DNA of 64,000 bases, taken from NCBI GenBank assembly GCA_963844715.1, contig CAWJPJ010000003.1, positions 39,458 to 103,457 on the forward strand. Direction: 5' to 3'. Positions 30,001 to 44,248 of the stretch are shown in pieces; the stretch's first letter is position 1; the number at the start of each line of letters is the position of its first letter. The notes under the pieces are model-generated. The model searched no databases, was not told the origin of the DNA, and saw nothing but the letters and a program-made list of their open reading frames with translations. The stretch comes from an uncultured Phycisphaerales bacterium (lineage in GTDB: Bacteria > Planctomycetota > Phycisphaerae > Tepidisphaerales > Tepidisphaeraceae). The position numbers were made by a program, and so were the translations under genes.

Positions 30001-31964
30001 CTACGAATCCGGCCAGCAACAGATCGCGGGTACGTTCCCCGAAAACTCCGCGCGAGTGAAACGACAGAAGGCCAGTCCGATTCGGGTCGTCATCGCGAAC
30101 CCACCGTATTCGGCGCAGCAGGAGAGCACCAACGATAACAACCAGAATCTGAGCTATCCCACGCTCGACGAGCGGATCAGCGCCACGTACGCTGTAAAGT
30201 CGTCCGCGAGCACTGTCCGAAACCTTTACGACAGCTACATACGCGCGATCCGCTGGGCCAGCGACCGCATCGACAAGCGCGGCATCATTGGTTTCGTCAC
30301 CAACGGATCCTTCGTCGACGCAAACAATATGGACGGCCTGCGCAAGCCTTTGCGATGAGTTTACGAGCGTTTACGTATTCAACCTTCGCGGAAACGCCAG
30401 GACACAAGGCGAGCAGCGCAGGATGGAAGCGGGAAGCGTCTTCGGTGCAGGCACCCGGACGCCGGTTTCCATCACACTGCTCGTCAAGAATCCGACGAAA
30501 GCCGGCAAGTGCGAGCTTCGCTATCACGACATCGGCGACTATCTCGATAGAAGCGAAAAGCTGAAGATCATCCGAGCCTTCGCCAGCATTGCGGGCATCG
30601 AAAGTGCCAACAAGTGGATAATACTCAATCCCAATGCGGAGAATGACTGGATCAATCAACGCGACCAGACCTTCTCCACGTTTCTTCCTCTTGGCGCTAA
30701 GTCCGCTTCCGACGACTCGAAGGGCATGTTCGAAAACTATTCGCTTGGTATCGCGTCAGGAAGAGATTCGTGGGCATACAACATGTCGCGACTCGCATTG
30801 CGAGCAAATATCGAGCGGACCATTGAAACGTTTAACGCTGAACGTGAACGATATGCGGAAGCTTGCGAAGGTCTCAACAAATCCGAATGGCCGGCCATCG
30901 ATGATTTCATTGAGAGCGACAGCAAACGAATCGCGTGGACGCAGGATCTCAAGGACGATGTGCGTAGGAATCGACCACTGAGTTTCAGTGACGGCGAGCT
31001 TCGAGAGTGTGTCCACCGACCCTTCGTCAAGCAGTGGTTATTCTACGGGCGGCGGCTCAACCAGCGTGTGTATCCGATGCCGCAGTTGTTCCCGACCACT
31101 GCGGTTGACAACTTCGTCATCGTGCCGACAGGAGTCGGTGCGACAAAAGAGTTCTCAGTCGTTATCTCGAATGGAATCGTTGACCTTGAGGCTATTTCGA
31201 AGGCGCAATGCTTCCCACTTTACCTCTACGAACACGCCAACGATTCTGGCAAGCTCGACCTCGGCAAGACCGACGGCGAAATCATCGACGGCTACCGCCG
31301 TCGCGACGCGATCACGGATGCGATCCTGAAAGAATTTCGCGAGGCGTTCGGGCCGAAGGTGGCGAAGGAGGACATTTTCTATTACGTCTACGGCATCCTA
31401 CACAGCCCGGAATACCGGACGCGCTTTGCGGCGGATCTGAAGAAGATGCTGCCGCGCATCCCGCTCACCAAGGAGCAGAAGGATTTCCGCGCCTTCAGCG
31501 AGGCGGGCCGGAAGTTGGCGGAGTCGCACTTGAACTATGAGACGGTCGAGCCGTGGCCGGTGCAGGAGCACAACGCCCGGTTCGAGCAGGCCGACCCCGA
31601 TCCCTACAACTATTACCGCGTGCAGAAGATGGTCTTCGCCCGTCCGAAGCCGGAACAAAAGCAGGCAGGGGAGAAATGGGATAAGACGACAATCACCTAC
31701 AACGCCGACATCACCATCAGGAAGATTCCGCTGGAGGCGTATGAGTATATGGTGAACGGTAAGCCGGCGATCGAGTGGATCATCGAGCGGTATCAGGTGA
31801 CGCGGGATAAAGACAGCGGGATCGTCAACGACCCAAACGACTGGTGCAAGGAACACAAGCAGCCGCGCTACATCATCGACCTGCTCAAGCGCGTTGTGCG
31901 GGTGAGTATCGAGACGATGAAGCTTGTGAAAAGTTTGCCGGGTTTGAATGAGCGATCGGCTTAG
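27002..31964 (+). CDS. Type ISP (LlaGI/LlaBIII-like) restriction-modification enzyme: nuclease-helicase-MTase-TRD (about 4 frameshifts)
   Basis: Mrr-like DVGIDLV...AIQCKFY; SF2 helicase MACGTGKT, DEAHRT, NARCLSEGVDVPALD, QSVGRV; MTase DPFTGTG, NPPY; C-terminal YYVYGILHSPEYR...LKKMLPRIP...VNGKPAIEW. Confidence 0.93.
29903..29945. repeat. REP-like hairpin inserted in frame in the R-M gene
   Basis: CCCTC-G-CCCGG-TACT-CCGGG-A-GAGGG followed by CAGGGGTGAGGG. Translated as SPSPGTPGEGRGEG. Confidence 0.75.
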
Positions 31965-32005
31965 ATGCCGGGGGAGATAAAACCGGGCAGCTTTGAATTA
32001 AAAGC

Positions 32006-32040
32006 TAAGGGAACACCACCGATTAGGTGATATTCCCTTA
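32006..32040 (+). terminator. Hairpin downstream of the Type ISP gene
   Basis: TAAGGGAACACCACC-GATTA-GGTGATATTCCCTTA, 13/15 Watson-Crick pairs. Confidence 0.45.
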
Positions 32041-32186
32041 TTCGCAGACCCTCATTCCGCAAAACTCAATGCGCCGCGGCGGCGAATTCTTCGCGGGGCC
32101 GCTTCGGCGTTGCGGGGGCCAAGTTCAAGGTGAGATGATCGCCCGTGTTTGATCGGCATGAGGGACGCCGCTATGCTTGTTATGTT

Positions 32187-32426
32187 ATGGCCAGTTTGAC
32201 GATTCCCATCACCGTAGCGCAGTTGGTTGATCTGGCTCGGCAACTGCCGCCGGAGGAGCGTCGAGCGCTGCTAGACAGTCTTCTGGCTGAGCGGTTTGAC
32301 TCGGCGCTTTCCGAGGCGGACCTGCGGCGCACGGGGGAGCCGGAATTGACGGACGGCGAAATCCAGGCGGAAGTGGACGCGGTTCGCCGGCAGCGGCGGG
32401 AGGACCGGCAGCGAAAAGGGTTTTGA
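32187..32426 (+). CDS. Small antitoxin-like hypothetical protein
   Basis: ITVAQLVDLARQLPPEERRALL...ELTDGEIQAEVDAVRR. Ends 2 bp before the DUF433 gene. Confidence 0.6.
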   Translation: MASLTIPITVAQLVDLARQLPPEERRALLDSLLAERFDSALSEADLRRTGEPELTDGEIQAEVDAVRRQRREDRQRKGF

Positions 32427-32428
32427 TC

Positions 32429-32650
32429 ATGAGCGAAATCATCATCGATCCCGATATCTGCAATGGCTTGCCCACGATCCGCGGCACGCGGATTACCGCT
32501 CAGACCGTGCTGGAATTTTTGTCGGCGGGCGATAGCATCGAAGATGTGCTCGCGGAATACCCGTCGCTTTCCCGTGAGGATGTGCTGGCGTGTCTGGCTT
32601 ACTCGGCCAAACTGATGCGACATCATTTTTCGGTGCAGGCGGTCGCTTGA
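32429..32650 (+). CDS. DUF433 antitoxin
   Basis: IIIDPDICNGLPTIRGTRI...LSAGDSIEDVLAEYPSLSREDVLACLAY. Confidence 0.9.
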   Translation: MSEIIIDPDICNGLPTIRGTRITAQTVLEFLSAGDSIEDVLAEYPSLSREDVLACLAYSAKLMRHHFSVQAVA

Positions 32651-32994
32651 CTGGCTTCCTTTTTGACGAGAATCTCCCTCGCCGGTTGACGTTCACGCCA
32701 TCGCTTCCAGTAACTCTGTCAGTTACGCTGGGCAAGAGGGTTTCGGACACAATGCTCTGGAACTATTGCCGTGATCAGTCACTGGCGATCGTTACCAAGG
32801 ATGCGGATTTCTCAGACCGAATCATGCAGGAAACACCGCCGCCCTGGATCGTGCATTTACGATTTGGAAATCTTCGGAGTAAGGATTATCACGCCCTGCT
32901 CGCTAAAGTGTGGCCGAGCATCGAGGCACTTCTGCCCGCTCACAAGCTGATCTGCGTTTATCGGGACCGTATTGAATCGTTTCGCGACTCTTAG
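32647..32994 (+). CDS. DUF5615 PIN-like toxin
   Basis: TTG start overlapping the DUF433 stop. FLFDENLP...SDTMLW...IVTKDADF...VHLRFGN. Confidence 0.85.
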   Translation: MTGFLFDENLPRRLTFTPSLPVTLSVTLGKRVSDTMLWNYCRDQSLAIVTKDADFSDRIMQETPPPWIVHLRFGNLRSKDYHALLAKVWPSIEALLPAHKLICVYRDRIESFRDS

Positions 32995-33140
32995 ATCGTT
33001 CCTCTCCCGGTCCTTGCGAAGGCTATTCGATGGGAAATCAAACCCACAGAACTCTGAATTGAACCGATCCATGAATAATAAAAATGGGAACATCACTGAT
33101 CCAGCGATGTTCCCTCATACGCGGCAGTCATTTGCACGAA

Positions 33141-35689
33141 TCAATGCGCCGCGGTGGCAAGCTCTTCGCGCGGGCGCGTTGGCGTTGCCGGGATTTCGGA
33201 GTCGTCCGCATTCCCGCGGCGGATGCGCATGCCGTAGAAGCTGCGGTAGACGAAGCCGAGCGCGATCAGGAAGAACGCGACCGCCAGCCAGGTTGTCAGG
33301 TGCGGCGGGAGGTTGGGGTTCTTGTTTAAGCCCGAGGCTAGTTCGACGGCCAGCAGGCCGAACAACGTGGTGAACTTGATGATCGGGTTGAGGGCGACGG
33401 AGGAGGTGTCCTTGAACGGATCGCCGACGGTGTCGCCGACGACCGTGGCGGCGTGCAGGGGGGTGCCTTTTTGGCGGAACTCGACCTCGATGATCTTCTT
33501 GGCGTTGTCCCAGGCGCCGCCGCCGTTGGCCATGAAGATGGCCTGGAACAGGCCGAAGGTGGCCATGGAGATGAGGAATCCGATGAAGAAGAACGGTTCG
33601 ATGCAGGCGTAGGCCAGGGCGCTGAAGAAGACGACGAAGAAGATGTTCAGCATTCCAGCCTGGGCGTATCTGGTGCAGATTTCCACGACTTTTTTGCTGT
33701 CTGCAATCGAAGCGGCTTCGGCGTTTTCAAGACGCATGTTGCGCTTGATGAATTCGACGGCGCGGTACGCGCCGGTGACGACGGCCTGCATGCTGGCGCC
33801 GGTGAACCAGTAAATTTCCGCGCCGCCGGCGATCAGGCCCAGCAGGAACGGGGCGTGCAGGACGGAGAGATGGCTGATGGCGACCTGATCGGTCAGGCCA
33901 TTGGTCAGCATCATGATAATGGAGAAGATCAGCGTGGTCGCGCCGACGACGGCGGTGCCGATGAGGACGGGCTTGGCGGTCGCCTTAAACGTGTTGCCGG
34001 CGCCGTCGTTTTGCTCGAGTAGCAGCTTGGAATGTTCGAAATCGACATCGGTGTTGTAATCGCGCTTTAGCTCGGCGCGGATGCCGGGGATTTGTTCGAT
34101 CAGGCTCAATTCGTAAACGCTCTGGGCATTGTCGGTGACGGGGCCGTAGCTGTCGACGGCGATCGTCACCGGGCCCATGCCGAGGAATCCGAACGCGACC
34201 AGGCCGAAAGCGAAGACCGCGACGGCGGCGCTGGCGCCGGGGGTGAGCAGGGCGGCGATGCCGGTTGCGCCGCCGAGATTAGACACGCCGTAAGCGACGG
34301 CCATCAGGCCGCCGATCACGACGCCGCCCATCCAGAAGGCGGAGAAATTTCCGCAGACCAGACCGCTGAGGATGTTGAGAGAGCGCCGCCTTCCTTGCTG
34401 GCGTCGACGATCTCGCGCACATGGCGGCTGTGGACGCTGGTGAAGATTTTGGTGAATTCAGGGATCAACGCCCCGGCGATTGTGCCGCAGGTGATGACCG
34501 TGGAGAGCCGCCACCACAGGCCGTCGCCCATGTTGTGGATCAGAACAAACGAGCCGAGATAGGTGGTGATGATTGAAACCAGGCTGGTGATGTAAACCAG
34601 GCTGGTGAGGGGTTTTTCAAAATCCATTTCCTTGGCGCTGAGGTATTTGGCGCGGGCGAGGCCCTCGTTGATCCAGTAGGAAACGCCGCTGGTGATGACC
34701 ATGATGAGGCGCATGGCGAAGATCCAGACCAGGAGCTGGACCTGAAGCTCGGGGCGGACGGCGAGAAGGATGAAGGTGATGAGGGCGACGCCGGTGACGC
34801 CGTAGGTTTCAAAACCGTCGGCGGTGGGTCCGACGCTGTCGCCGGCGTTGTCGCCGGTGCAGTCGGCGATGACGCCGGGGTTTCGGGCATCGTCTTCCTT
34901 GACGTTGAAGACGATCTTCATGAGGTCGGCGCCGATGTCGGCGATCTTGGTGAAGATTCCGCCGGCGACGCGCAACGCGGCGGCGCCGAGCGATTCACCG
35001 ACGGCAAATCCGATGAAACACGGGCCGGCATAGGTGACGGGGATGAAGAGCAGAATGATGAGCATCATCAGCAACTCGACGCTGATGAGGACCATGCCGA
35101 CGCTGATGCCCGCCTGCAGGGGGATTGCATAGAGCGGGTAGGGTTTGCCTTTGAGAGAAGCAAAGGCAGTGCGGCTGTTGGCGAAGGTGTTGATCCGCAT
35201 TCCGAACCAGGCGACTGAAACGCTGCCGGCGATGCCGATCAGGCTGAAAAGAAGGATCGTGAGCACCTTGACGGCGGTCATGCGCTGGCCGGATTCGTCC
35301 GTGGTGAGAAAGCCGAAATAAATGACCAGAACCGCGCCGATGAAAACTTCGAGGAGCAAAATAAATTTTAATTGTGTTTTTAGATAGGTTTTGCAGGTTT
35401 CGTAGATTGTTTCCGAAACCCTGGCCATGGACTGGTGAACCGGCAGGGCTTTGAGCCGGCGAAAGATGACCATTCCGAAGGCCAGACCGGCGAAGCAGAT
35501 AACCATGCCGGCCGCGAGCAGATTCCAGCCGCCGACGAGGCCGCCGAAAAACTTCGCGCTGTTCAGATCGGGGATTTTCAGGCTGGCCTCACTGGCCAGC
35601 GACGCGGATGGAAATGCCAGAATCAACGACACAGCCGCAACGAACAGGCAGGCCAGATGCCCGCGTTTGATTGATAATGAGAGTTTCAT
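33141..35689 (-). CDS. hppA: Membrane H+-translocating pyrophosphatase (frameshift ~34380)
   Basis: GGIFTKIADIGADL..EDDARNPGVIADCTGDNAGD, DSYGPVTDNA, DGAGNTFKA, GGAWDNAKK and GDTVGDPFKDT. Confidence 0.95.
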
Positions 35690-35751
35690 ATGCAGTCCCT
35701 TTCATGCTAAGGAGTAATGACGATTCGAAGCATCTGGTTATCCGGCGATTT

Positions 35752-35799
35752 GGAGAATCGGAGTCGGCCCTAATCTTTTCGTAGGGGAATTCGCTGATG
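35752..35799. promoter_or_regulatory. GGAGAATCGGAGTCGG box plus TAGGGGAATTCGCTGATG operator
   Basis: In the hppA/acetate-CoA ligase divergent region. The box matches 44124-44139 at 15/16 and the operator matches 21459-21476 at 17/18. Confidence 0.6.
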
Positions 35800-35822
35800 C
35801 GGAAGTTCTTGCGGATGATTTA

Positions 35823-38579
35823 ATGAATGGCACTATGCAAGATGTAAAACCACATGCGGGAGTGACTTCTCTGCCAACCCGACCGGAATCGACACGGCCT
35901 TTGGACGCGATTTTCGCGCCGCGGACGATCGCGGTCATCGGCGCGACCGAAACGCAGGGGAGCGTCGGACGAACGGTTCTATGGAACCTGGTGACCAGTC
36001 CCTGCGGAAGCACGGTTTATCCGGTCAATCCCAAACGCCCAAGCGTTCTGGGGATCAAGGCCTATCCCGAAGTGGGCGCCATTCCGGAGCCGGTTGATCT
36101 GGCGGTGGTTGTGACCCCCGCGGCCAGCGTGCCGGGCGTGATCGGGAAATGCGCTGATGCCGGCGTGAAGGGCGCGATCGTCATCTCGGCCGGTTTCCGC
36201 GAACTTGGCAAAGAAGGGGCGGAGCTGGAACAGCGCGTGCTGCAACAAGCCCGCCGCGGGGGAATGCGCATCATCGGCCCCAACTGTCTCGGCGTGATGA
36301 ACCCCCTGACCGGTTTGAATGCGACATTTGCCAAGGGGATCGCCAAACCCGGCAACGTCGCGTTCATCAGCCAAAGCGGCGCGCTTCTCACCGCGATTCT
36401 GGACTGGAGCCTGAGCGAAGTGGTGGGTTTCAGCGCATTTGTTTCGACCGGCTCGATGCTGGACGTGAACTGGGGCGATCTGATCGACTATTTCGGCGAT
36501 GATCCCCGGACGCGCAGCATTCTGATTTACATGGAATCGATCGGCGATGCGAGGGCGTTTCTATCGGCGGCGCGCGAAGTATCGCTGAACAAACCGATCA
36601 TCGTCATCAAGGCCGGGCGGACCGATGCGGCGGCCAAGGCGGCGGCGTCGCATACGGGATCGCTGACCGGCAGCGACGAGGTTTTGGACGCCGCCTTCCG
36701 CCGGTGCGGGGTGCTTCGGGTGGACTCCATCGCCGATCTGTTTTCGATGGCGGATGTTTTGGCGAAGCAGCCGCGCCCTTCGGGCAGGCGGCTGGCGATC
36801 GTCACCAACGCGGGAGGTCCGGGGGTGCTGGCGACCGATGCGCTGCTCGCCAGCGGGGGCGAGCTGGCGGCACTTTCGCCGGAGATGATGAAGGCGCTCG
36901 ATTCGATTCTTCCGCCGCAATGGAGCCACAACAACCCCGTTGATGTGCTGGGTGATGCCGCGCCGGAGCGTATCGCCAAGGCGATCAAGATCGTCGCGGA
37001 TGATTCCGCCAACGACGGGGTGCTGGTGGTGCTGACCCCGCAGGACATGACCGATCCCACGCAGACGGCCGAGGCGGTCAAGGGATTGGCGAAAATGAAC
37101 GGCAAACCGCTGCTGGCCAGTTGGATGGGCGGCGCGGAGGTCGCCGCGGGGCATGCGATCCTCAGCCGCGCAGGTGTTCCGACGTTCCATTTTCCCGATG
37201 CCGCCGCTCGCGCCTTTACGTACATGTGGCGATACACCTACAACCTGCGCGGGTTGTACGAAACTCCGGCTCTTGGAGAAAACAACGACAGAGAAGTCGA
37301 TCGCGCCACGGCCGCGCACATCATCAATTCCGCCAGGGCTTGCGGGAAAACGCTGCTGGATGAATTTCAATCCAAGAAGCTGATGGAGGCGTATGGAATC
37401 CCCGTCGTGAAGACCTTTACCGCCGATACCACCGCGGAGGCGGTGCAGGCGGCCGAAAGCGTGGGGTTCCCCGTTGTGCTCAAGCTTTTCTCGCACACGA
37501 TCACGCACAAGACGGACGTGGGGGGCGTGAAGCTCAATCTCGCCAATGGCACGGAAGTCGCGCGGGCATTCGATGAAATTTGCGAATCGGTCAGCCGAAT
37601 TGCCGGCGACCAGCATTTTCAGGGTGTCACCGTACAGCCAATGATCAACGCGCACGACGGTTACGAATTGATCGTCGGCAGCAGCCCCGATTCGCAATTC
37701 GGGCCTGTGTTGCTCTTCGGCCTCGGCGGTCAGCTTGTGGAAGTGCTGAAAGACCGCGCCCTGGGCCTTCCGCCGCTCAACGCGACCCTCGCCCGCAGGA
37801 TGATGGAGCAGACGCGCATCTTCAAAGCACTCGGTGGCGTGCGCGGCCGCAAGCCCGTGGATATCGATCTGCTCTGCCAGATCATGGTTCGCTTCAGCCA
37901 ACTGGTGATCGAGCAGCCGCGGATCAAGGAGATCGAAATCAACCCGCTGATCGCGACGCCGGACCGAATCGTCGCGGCGGATGCGCGGACGGTGCTCTGG
38001 CCCGCGGACAAACAGGATTCGGACTTGCCGCGTTCGGCGATCCGGCCTTATCCAACCCAATATGTCAGCCAGTGGACGCTGCGTGACGGCTTGCCGGTGA
38101 CGATCCGTCCGATCCGGCCGGAGGACGAACCGCTGCTGGTGCAGTTTCACCAGGAGCTGTCGGACCGCAGCGTGATGTTCCGCTACTTCCACCCGATCCA
38201 TCTGAGCCAGCGCATCTCGCACGAGCGGCTCATTCGCGTTTGCTTCAACGATTACGATCGGGAATTGGCCCTGGTGGTTGAAGGCCGGCGTCCGGAAAAC
38301 GGCGAGCGATTCATCCTCGGAATCGGCCGCTTGAGCAAACAACCCGGCGGCAGCGAAGCGGAGTTCGCGGTCGTCATCAGCGATGCCTGGCAAAAGCTGG
38401 GGCTTGGAACGCATCTGATGACGCTGCTGTTGCAAATCGCCCGCGACGAAAAGATCGAGCGGCTTTCCGGGATGATCATGACCCAGAACCTGGAAATGCA
38501 GCACGTCGCGGAAAAGCAGGGATTCAAGCTGACGCGCGATCTGGCGGAATCGAGCGTTCAGGCGTGTATCGATTTATGA
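35823..38579 (+). CDS. Bifunctional acetate-CoA ligase (ADP-forming)-like protein with C-terminal GNAT domain (Pat type)
   Basis: CoA-binding IAVIGAT, GPNCLG, SQSGA, AASHTG, TNAGGPG, NPVD; ATP-grasp [23 protein letters not shown]...[18 protein letters not shown]. Confidence 0.93.
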   Translation: MNGTMQDVKPHAGVTSLPTRPESTRPLDAIFAPRTIAVIGATETQGSVGRTVLWNLVTSPCGSTVYPVNPKRPSVLGIKAYPEVGAIPEPVDLAVVVTPAASVPGVIGKCADAGVKGAIVISAGFRELGKEGAELEQRVLQQARRGGMRIIGPNCLGVMNPLTGLNATFAKGIAKPGNVAFISQSGALLTAILDWSLSEVVGFSAFVSTGSMLDVNWGDLIDYFGDDPRTRSILIYMESIGDARAFLSAAREVSLNKPIIVIKAGRTDAAAKAAASHTGSLTGSDEVLDAAFRRCGVLRVDSIADLFSMADVLAKQPRPSGRRLAIVTNAGGPGVLATDALLASGGELAALSPEMMKALDSILPPQWSHNNPVDVLGDAAPERIAKAIKIVADDSANDGVLVVLTPQDMTDPTQTAEAVKGLAKMNGKPLLASWMGGAEVAAGHAILSRAGVPTFHFPDAAARAFTYMWRYTYNLRGLYETPALGENNDREVDRATAAHIINSARACGKTLLDEFQSKKLMEAYGIPVVKTFTADTTAEAVQAAESVGFPVVLKLFSHTITHKTDVGGVKLNLANGTEVARAFDEICESVSRIAGDQHFQGVTVQPMINAHDGYELIVGSSPDSQFGPVLLFGLGGQLVEVLKDRALGLPPLNATLARRMMEQTRIFKALGGVRGRKPVDIDLLCQIMVRFSQLVIEQPRIKEIEINPLIATPDRIVAADARTVLWPADKQDSDLPRSAIRPYPTQYVSQWTLRDGLPVTIRPIRPEDEPLLVQFHQELSDRSVMFRYFHPIHLSQRISHERLIRVCFNDYDRELALVVEGRRPENGERFILGIGRLSKQPGGSEAEFAVVISDAWQKLGLGTHLMTLLLQIARDEKIERLSGMIMTQNLEMQHVAEKQGFKLTRDLAESSVQACIDL

Positions 38580-38594
38580 GCCTTCGTCGTCCGC

Positions 38595-40465
<1,871 letters not shown>

Positions 40466-40469
<4 letters not shown>

Positions 40470-43400
40470 ACGGGCACCTTTGCGGTTGAAGGCGTTGAAG
40501 TTTCTTGTTTCTCGGCATGCGGAGGTTCGGCCAACTGGTGATACAGCGAATAACGGTCGGCCACTTGCCGTTTGGCGCTGGCCAGCAAATCTTTAAAGCG
40601 GTCGGGATTTTTCTGCTCGACCATGCGGAAGCGGGTCTCGTTCACCATGAACTGCTGCAACTGATTGTTGGGTGCGCCGGAATCCAACTGCAGCGGATTT
40701 TGCCCGGCGGCGCGGCGGCGCGGATCGTAGCGATACATCGGCCAATACCCGCTGGCGGCCGCCAATTTCTGTTGTTCCGGTCCCAACACCAGGTCGTAAC
40801 CGTGCGCGATGCAGTGGCTGTAGGCGATGATGAGCGCCGGGCCGGGATACGACGCGGCCTCCTGAAACGCCTTGACCGTTTGCACGTCCTTGGCTCCAAA
40901 GGCCACCTGGGCGACGTAGACATTCCCATACGCCATGGCCAGCAATCCCAGATCCTTCTTGGGCGACGACTTTCCTGCCGCGGCGAACTTGGCCGCGGCG
41001 CCGATCGGCGTCGCCTTGGACTGCTGGCCGCCGGTGTTGGAATAAACTTCGGTATCGAGCACGAGAACTTTCACGTCCTGGCCGGAAGCCAGCACGTGAT
41101 CGAGCCCGCCGTAGCCGATGTCATACGCCCAGCCATCGCCGCCGATGATCCAGACGCCTTTGTAGACGAGATAATCAGCCAGTTGAGCAAGCAGTTTCGC
41201 CGCGGGAATTGCGTTGAGGGAGGCCAGTTTTTTCCGCAATTCCACGACGCGCGCTCGCTGCGCGGCGATGCCGGTTTCTCCGGACTGATCGGCTTGCAGA
41301 ATCTCTTTGACAAATGCTTCGCCGAGAGAAGGTTCAAGCCGCTGGAGCAGATCGCGGGCTTGCGCCGCCTGCTGATCGACGGCCAGCCGCATGCCCAATC
41401 CGTATTCGGCATTGTCCTCGAAGAGAGAATTGCTCCACGCCGGCCCGCGACCCTCATGGTTGGCGCAATACGGCGTCGTGGGCAGATTTCCGCCGTAAAT
41501 CGACGAACAGCCCGTCGCGTTGGCGATGAGAATCCGATCGCCCAACAGCTGCGTCAGCAGTTTGATATACGGCGTCTCGCCGCATCCGGCGCAGGCGCCG
41601 CTGAACTCCATGAGCGGTTGGAAAAATTGCGAGCCTTTGACATCGAGGCGAATTTTCCGGCGATCGATTTCGGGTAATTCGAGAAAGAATTTGAAATTTG
41701 TCGCTTCGCGCTGGCGCAGAGGCTGCTGCGGGGCGAGGTTGATCGCCTTGCGCTTGGGCAGGGATTTGTCCTTGGCGGGACAGACGGCCACGCAAAGGCC
41801 GCATCCCGTGCAGTCTTCCGGGGCAACCTGCAAGGAATATTTCATGCCGCGCAGATCGGGCGCGTTGTAATCCGTCGAGGCAAATCCCGTGGGCGCAGTA
41901 GAGAGACTTTCCGCGGGATAAACCTTGGGGCGGATCGCCGCGTGCGGACAGGCGAAGGCGCACTTGTTGCATTGGATGCAGAGATCGGGTTCCCAGACCG
42001 GGATCTCGGTGGCGATATTGCGTTTCTCCCAGCGGGTCGTGCCGACCGGCCAGGTTCCATCCACCGGCATCGCGCTGACGGGCAGCAGATCGCCGTGGTT
42101 GGACAGCATCATCGCGGTGACGTTCTTGACAAAGTCCGGCGCCTCGATCGGCACGGTTGGCGGCAGACGCCGGCCGTTGGTTGATGCGCTTGGAACCGGC
42201 AATTCATGGAGATGCGCCAGCGTGCCGTCGACGGCGGCAAAATTTTTGCGCACCACCTCGTCGCCTTTTTTCGCGTAGGTTTTCTCGATCGACTTTTTGA
42301 TCTGCGCGATCGCCTGCTCGCGCGGCAAAACACCACTGATGGCGAAGAAGCAGGTTTGCATGACCGTGTTGATTCTCCGGCCCATGCCCGCTTCGCGCAC
42401 GGCCTTGTACGCATCGATGACAAAAACTTTCAGCTTTTTGTCAATAATCTGCAATTGCACACTGCGAGGTAACTGTTCCCAGACCACGCTCGTCTCGTAG
42501 GGGGCATTGAGCAGTAGGACGCCGCCTTCTCTGGCGTAATCCACGATGTCGAATCGTTCCAGGAAATTGAAGGCATGGCAGGCGACGAAATTGGCCTGGT
42601 GAATCAGATAGGCCGACCTGATCGTCCGGGGGCCGAACCGAAGATGGCTGATGGTCATCGCGCCTGATTTTTTCGAGTCGTAAACGAAATACCCCTGGGT
42701 ATTGAAGACCGTCTCTTCGCCGATGATTTTGATGGAGTTCTTGTTCGCTCCCACCGTTCCGTCGGCGCCCAGGCCGAAAAACACTGCGCGGAATACATCG
42801 TCCGGTTCGATTTCAAAATCGTCCGGCGTGACCAGCGACAACCTGGTCACGTCATCGTTGATCCCCACCGTAAAATGAAGCTTGGGACGCGACACATTCA
42901 GTTCGTCAAAGACGGCCTTGACCATCGCGGGCGTGAACTCGTGCGAGCCGAGTCCATAGCGGCCTCCGATCACCACCGGCGGTTTGGCGAATTGGGAAAA
43001 TCCCGCGGCCTGCCCTTCATGCAATGCTGCCAAAACGTCGAGAAAGAGCGGATCGCCGATGCTGCCGGGTTCCTTGGTGCGGTCCATCACCGCGATGGAG
43101 CGAACGCCGGCGGGCAGAGCCGCCAGCATCCGCTCAGGAGAGAAGGGCCGATAGAGCCGCACTTTGAGAACGCCGACTTTTTCGCCGTCGCGAACCAGAT
43201 GATCCACCGCTTCGTGGGTGGTATCCGCGCCCGAGCCCATGATGACGATCACGCGCTCTGCCTGGGGATGGCCGACATATTCAAAGAGCCGATATTGCCG
43301 GCCGGTCAGGGCCGCAAATTTTGCCATGACTTTTTCCACGGTGTCCGGACAGGCCAGATAAAACGGGTTGGCTGCTTCACGGGATTGGAAAAACGTGTCG

Positions 43401-44074
43401 GGGTTCTGCGCGGTGCCGCGGATTACAGGACGGTCCGGCGTGAGCGCGCGCTGTTTATGAGCGGCCACCGCGGCCGGATCGATCATGCTCCGCAGATCGT
43501 CGTCGGTGAGCATCTCAAACTTCTGAATCTCGTGAGAGGTTCGAAATCCATCGAAAAAATGCATGAACGGAATACGCGTTTGCAAAGTGGCGGCATGCGC
43601 GATGCACGCCAGATCGTGGGCTTCCTGAACGCCGTTGGAGCAGAGCATGGCGAAGCCCGTCTGACGGCAGGCCATCACGTCGGAGTGATCGCCGAAGATC
43701 GACAGGGCGTGGGTCGCGAGCGTTCGCGCCGTCACGTGCATGCAGAATGAAGTGAGTTCGCCGGCGATCTTGTACATGTTGGGGACCATCAGCAGCAGTC
43801 CCTGCGACGCGGTGAACGTGGTGGCGAGCGCACCGGCCTGTAGCGCGCCGTGAATCGCGCCGGCAGCGCCGCCTTCGGATTGCATTTCCATCACGCGCGG
43901 CACCATTCCCCAGATGTTCTGCCGGCCCTGCGCAGACCATTCATCCGCATATTCACCCATCGCGGACGATGGGGTAATTGGATAAATCGCGATGACTTCG
44001 CTGACGCGGTGCGCCACCGACGCGACGGCTTCATTACCTTCCAGTGCGATAATCTGACGGGTGCATGACGGCAT
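40466..44074 (-). CDS. nifJ: Pyruvate:ferredoxin (flavodoxin) oxidoreductase
   Basis: YPITPSS, MQSEGGAAG, FFDGFRTSHE, GADGTVGANK, two ferredoxin motifs (CIQCNKC..CP, CTGCGLC..CP), GACAGCGE, GGDGWAYDIG and YSHCI. Confidence 0.97.
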
Positions 44075-44162
44075 ATATTCAAATCCTTTCGCGCATCACG
44101 CGCTATCCACCTGAAATAATGTCGGAGAATCGGAGCCGGACAACCATCGGTTCAAGCGACGA

Positions 44163-44194
44163 TTTGTGCATAGGTGCATTCACCTACGCACAAA
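44163..44194. promoter_or_regulatory. Near-perfect 14-bp inverted repeat in the nifJ/hypF divergent promoter
   Basis: TTTGTGCATAGGTG-CATT-CACCTACGCACAAA (13/14), with core TAGG-N8-CCTA. Confidence 0.7.
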
Positions 44195-44248
44195 CGCGGA
44201 TTTTCTCCAACTGCCGCGCTCGCGCGCGTTCATAAAATTCCCAGCCGA

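Noticed and set aside
24051..33010. TAGATC...CTCCCGG at both ends of the nested block as a target duplication
   Set aside because: Needs gaps and mismatches to align and is plausibly chance.
44164..44181. Rex operator in the nifJ/hypF promoter
   Set aside because: Only the left half resembles TTGTGAA. The longer 14-bp IR explains the sequence better.
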